Assembly: GCA_963813815.1 (NCBI GenBank)
Contig: CAWFAD010000009.1
Location: 6,851 to 70,850, forward strand
Length of the DNA stretch: 64,000 nt
Direction: 5' to 3'
Source of the DNA: an uncultured bacterium
GTDB taxonomy: Bacteria; Krumholzibacteriota; Krumholzibacteriia; Krumholzibacteriales; Krumholzibacteriaceae
The position numbers and the translations under genes were made by a program. Position 1 is the first letter of the stretch, and the number at the start of each line of letters is the position of its first letter. Under the pieces are notes generated by a model. That model did not search any database and had not been told where the DNA came from. It was given only the letters and a program-made list of their open reading frames with translations. Positions 60,804 to 64,000 of the stretch are shown piece by piece.

Positions 60804-60835
60804 GGAACCCGCCGCGGCGCAGGAGCGGCCCGAAT

Positions 60836-61688
60836 CACCCGTTCTTGCGCTCCGGATAAAACTCGACCTTCTCGTCGAGCATGCGTAGGTGCACCGTATC
60901 GCGTCCGCGGTCCCGACGAGCTTGAGCTCGCCCCTCCCGATCCGCGTTCTCTTGAGAAGGCCCTCTCTCAGCAGCCTTTCCTGCAGCAGCGTCGTCCTTC
61001 TCGTGGAGTAGATCCTCTCGGGATACACGTATGAGCTCACGACGATGGTCTCCCCTTGGTAGCTCACGACCTTCGCCGGAAGGGGCTTCTCGGTGTAGAG
61101 CGGCACGGACAGCCTATCCCTGATGAGGTGCTCGATATGGTGGAAGAAGGTGAAGGGAAAGGCCACGTCGTAGAACAGGACCTTCCCGTTGAGCGTTTTG
61201 AGCTTGTCGAAGGGGCTTCCTTCGCCGCATGGATAGACGCACCTCTCGTGCCCTTCGACGATCCAGGCGCTCTTCTCTCCGAAGGCGAGAATGGGATGGA
61301 CCGGGTTCAGACTTCTCATCACGCCGTTTCTTCTTCTAAAGAGCTCCGATATGAGACCCATCATCGACGGCGTCTTCCTCACGTCGAACGTCGGTTGCGT
61401 CATCAGATACTCCAAGGAGGAGGAGCCGTAGGGCAAGGAGACCATGAGAAGGTTGCCGCTCGGCCCGACCGCCTCGAGCAGGCACTCGATAATGTCCTGC
61501 GCGGCGCCCTTGAAGCCGTTGTTGCTCTTGAACGAGCTGTGCACCATCACCGTATCCCCGGGAGCCACTCCGACCTTTCGAAGCGCCGCCATGAACGCGC
61601 CTTTGTCGTAGCCGAAGAAGCGATCGGCGATCATTTTGTCCAGCTTGTTATAGCGCCTCTTTATCGCGAGCTTCCTCTTGACGCTCAT
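60836..61688 (-). CDS. AAC(3)-family aminoglycoside N3-acetyltransferase-like protein; frameshift at ~60890 so the ORF reads through into the SSF gene
   Basis: GDTVMVHSSFKS...LLEAVGPSGNLLMV...; natural C-terminus ...DTVHLRMLDEKVEFYPERKNG* found in the -1 frame; lower GC than the bulk of the window. Confidence 0.55.
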
Positions 61689-61806
61689 GTTGCGCCATAT
61701 CCAGCTCTGGGCGATGACTTTCTTCAGCAACTCGCACCCCTTTGGCTCTAGCTCGAAACCGCTTTCCTCGAATCTTCTCTGAATATCGTTCTCGCCGCGT
61801 TCTCGC

Positions 61807-62821
61807 TCAGTATCCGTATGCAAGCGCATCGTCGGATTTCACGCCCGCTCGCTCGAGGGCGTACAGCAACCGCATGCCCATCGCGATCTCGCTCGCGTAG
61901 AGCGCGTCGGACCCGAAGAGCACCCTCTCAGGCTCCACATTGGTCAGAAGCGCCACAATGGCGCTCTCTTGAAGCCCCGATATGTCGATGTGCACGTTCC
62001 CATAGGCGCGGAGCAGCTTCTTCAAAGCGGGGACGACCGCGTCGTCGATTTCCGATGGAGTCATTCCATAGGCGCCTCCATGGGCGATTATCACCGGCGA
62101 GGACGACTGGAAATCGATGTCCGCGAGATTCGACATTTCCGCGAAATGCGCGTTCGCGTCGCCGAGGATCTCGCTTCTGCCGCCATGAATGACGACGGGA
62201 AGGCCGAGGCCGCCGCTCGCCGCGACGATGCATTCGACCCGTTCCTTCCCCTCGGGAGCGGCCAGATCGATTCTCGGTGACGTTCGGATGGATCTTGACC
62301 GCGACGATGCCGTAGTCCTCGACCTGGCCCTTTAAATACGAGGCGACATCTTCGTTTCTCACCGTGTTGGGAACGGCGCCGGCGAGCCGAAAGCGATCGT
62401 CGCCCTTGAACATCCGGAACGACGCGTCCATCTGCTCATCCATCGTTCCCGTCGCCGGGGCCACCGGCAGGAGCAGCGCCTTGTCTATGCCCAGAATATC
62501 GAAATAGTCCCCGAACACCTTGGGGCCCGTGTGGGAGTAGATCCGGCGAAGCATCATCGGCAGTATCCGCCGGTACTCCTTCGCCGCGTAGTTCGCGTCC
62601 TTCTCCTCATGCCCCTGCTTGAAATCGGCCAAGGAAGGGCTTCGATACGCCGCCGTGCCGAGCCCGAACAACCCCTTGGCCTCCGGGCGCTCCTCGTAGC
62701 TATGCACCCCGAAGATGACTTCCGTCGGATGCACGTGCGCATCGTACGTCTTGAAGGCCTTGTGGACCTCCTTGAGCTTCCCGATGTACCTGTCGATGTC
62801 TTTGTTCCAGGGAGGAGTCAT
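61807..62821 (-). CDS. Amidohydrolase-2-family TIM-barrel metal-dependent hydrolase; frameshift between ~62140 and 62280
   Basis: YDAHVHP at the N-terminus (ORF 61928-62821) and LFGSDALY at the C-terminus (ORF 61807-62136) in different frames. Confidence 0.55.
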
Positions 62822-62841
62822 TGCACCTGAGCGATAGGGAG

Positions 62842-64000
62842 CTATCGCGGATTCGCGAACGTTTTCATCAGCTTCTGCCGGTCGACTTTTCCGTTTTCCG
62901 TTCTCGGCAGCTTCTTCAAAGCTTGAAATTTCGTCGGAAGCATGTACTTGGGCACTCTCTTTTTCAGCTCCTCGAGAATGCCCTCCACATCCGGCTCCCC
63001 GTCCGACTCGATGAAGGCCACTATCTCCGGATTGTCCTCGGCCGCCCCTTGGGCCGCGATGACCGCCGCGTCCTTGACGCGCGGCAGAGACTGAAGCGCA
63101 TGCTCGATTTCGCCGAGCTCGATCCGATAGCCCTGGTACTTTATCTGAGTGTCCTTCCGCCCGATGAAGACGTAGTTGCCGTCCGGCATCTGCTTCACGA
63201 GGTCGCCGGTTTTATAGATGATGTCCGTGCCGGAGCTACTCAGCGGATTCTGTATGAAATATTCCTTCGTCCGCTCGGCGTCGTTCCAGTAGCCACGGCT
63301 CAGCGACGAGCCCCTGATAAAGAGCTCCGCCGCCTCGCCGGGCTTCGCCAAGCTCCCGTCCTCGTGCAGGGCGAATATCTCCGTGTTGGCGCAGGCCTTT
63401 CCGATGGGAATGGGAACCTGGGGGTCCGAGGGAACATCCTCGATCCTGTAGCACGTCGATATCCCGGTGCACTCCGTCGGCCCGTAGGCGTTGAAGAACT
63501 TCTTCTCGGGACACTTTCTCATCCACTCGATGAGGTACTTGGTCGGCAGGTTCTCGCCGCTGAAGATGACCTTCTCGAGGCTCTTCATCTTATCCGGATA
63601 AGGTCCCCCGACGTTCACGATGTACGAGAGGAGCGACGATACGCCCTTCCATATCGTGATCCCCCTCTTCTCGATGAGCTCGACGAGTCGTATGGGGAAT
63701 ATGAGGAGCTGCTCCGGAACCAGCGTGAGGCTCGCTCCGGTCTGCAGCGGGCAGAAGACATCGAATATCGACATGTCGAAGTGAAGAGGCGAGGTGCTGA
63801 GCACGTTGTCTCTCGAGCCGATTTGAAAATAGTCGACGGCCCACGCGATGTAGTTGAACACGTTCAAATGCGAGATCATGACGCCCTTGGGCTTGCCCGT
63901 CGATCCCGAGGTGTAGAGAATGTAGGCGATATCCTCGTCGATATTGAGATACTCTGGCTCGCTCGCGTCTTCCCCGTCGTCCTGGGCGTCCAGAACCGCG
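62842..64000 (-). CDS. AMP-binding adenylation-domain protein (NRPS-like / acyl-CoA-synthetase superfamily), 3'-complete, runs off the window end
   Basis: A3 YTSGSTGKPKGV (from 63900-64000), A5 NAYGPTEC, A7 YKTGD, A8 GRKDTQIKYQGYRIELGEIE, A10 PKYMLPTKF...LPRTENGKVDR; ~47-50% GC. Confidence 0.8.
   Translation of the reverse strand, partial: AVLDAQDDGEDASEPEYLNIDEDIAYILYTSGSTGKPKGVMISHLNVFNYIAWAVDYFQIGSRDNVLSTSPLHFDMSIFDVFCPLQTGASLTLVPEQLLIFPIRLVELIEKRGITIWKGVSSLLSYIVNVGGPYPDKMKSLEKVIFSGENLPTKYLIEWMRKCPEKKFFNAYGPTECTGISTCYRIEDVPSDPQVPIPIGKACANTEIFALHEDGSLAKPGEAAELFIRGSSLSRGYWNDAERTKEYFIQNPLSSSGTDIIYKTGDLVKQMPDGNYVFIGRKDTQIKYQGYRIELGEIEHALQSLPRVKDAAVIAAQGAAEDNPEIVAFIESDGEPDVEGILEELKKRVPKYMLPTKFQALKKLPRTENGKVDRQKLMKTFANPR

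Noticed and set aside
59199-61829. 876-aa - strand composite ORF
   Set aside because: Concatenates the AAC(3)-like gene, the SSF transporter and an off-frame tail because frameshifts remove the stops. It was split into separate genes.

Overview
This is a high-GC (~70%) bacterial chromosomal window from an unidentified lineage, most likely a metagenome-assembled contig. Secreted proteins carry Bacteroidota-T9SS-like / FlgD-Ig C-terminal domains, and there are sigma-54 promoters and RRM-type RNA-binding proteins. Gene content in order: an S9 peptidase fused to a thioredoxin-like domain; three tandem RRM/Gly-rich RNA-binding protein paralogs behind a long AT-rich leader; tRNA-Asp(GTC); a peptidoglycan-recycling cluster (nagZ, SpoIID-like, short AnmK-like); a giant secreted C25 (gingipain-like) peptidase followed by two paralogous small secreted proteins and a dockerin-like Cys-rich protein; a TetR-OMF-MFP-RND efflux operon; a secreted ankyrin-repeat/MBL-fold fusion; a PadR regulator with its membrane partner; two tandem paralogous TM-GAF proteins, each behind a perfect sigma-54 -24/-12 promoter; a degenerate IS1595-like transposase gene; housekeeping or metabolic genes (YegS-like lipid kinase, DHOD-like, M3 peptidase, MsrAB fusion, TypA/BipA, CutC, SPFH, an alkyltransferase-like Ogt homolog with PWHRV, SSF transporter); and a second MFP-RND pair. 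The most unusual locus is at 51.1-55.4 kb: a Ser/Thr kinase-TolB-like fusion, then a 141-aa protein with three PPxxPxxxC repeats, then a radical-SAM/SPASM enzyme, which looks like an undescribed RiPP-like or protein-maturation system. At the 3' end there is a lower-GC island (AAC(3)-like acetyltransferase, amidohydrolase, NRPS-like adenylation domain). At least 15 genes carry apparent frameshifts; those whose site could be pinned down sit in short G/C runs, which suggests systematic indel errors in the assembly (or, less likely, widespread pseudogenisation). No CRISPR array or rRNA is present.
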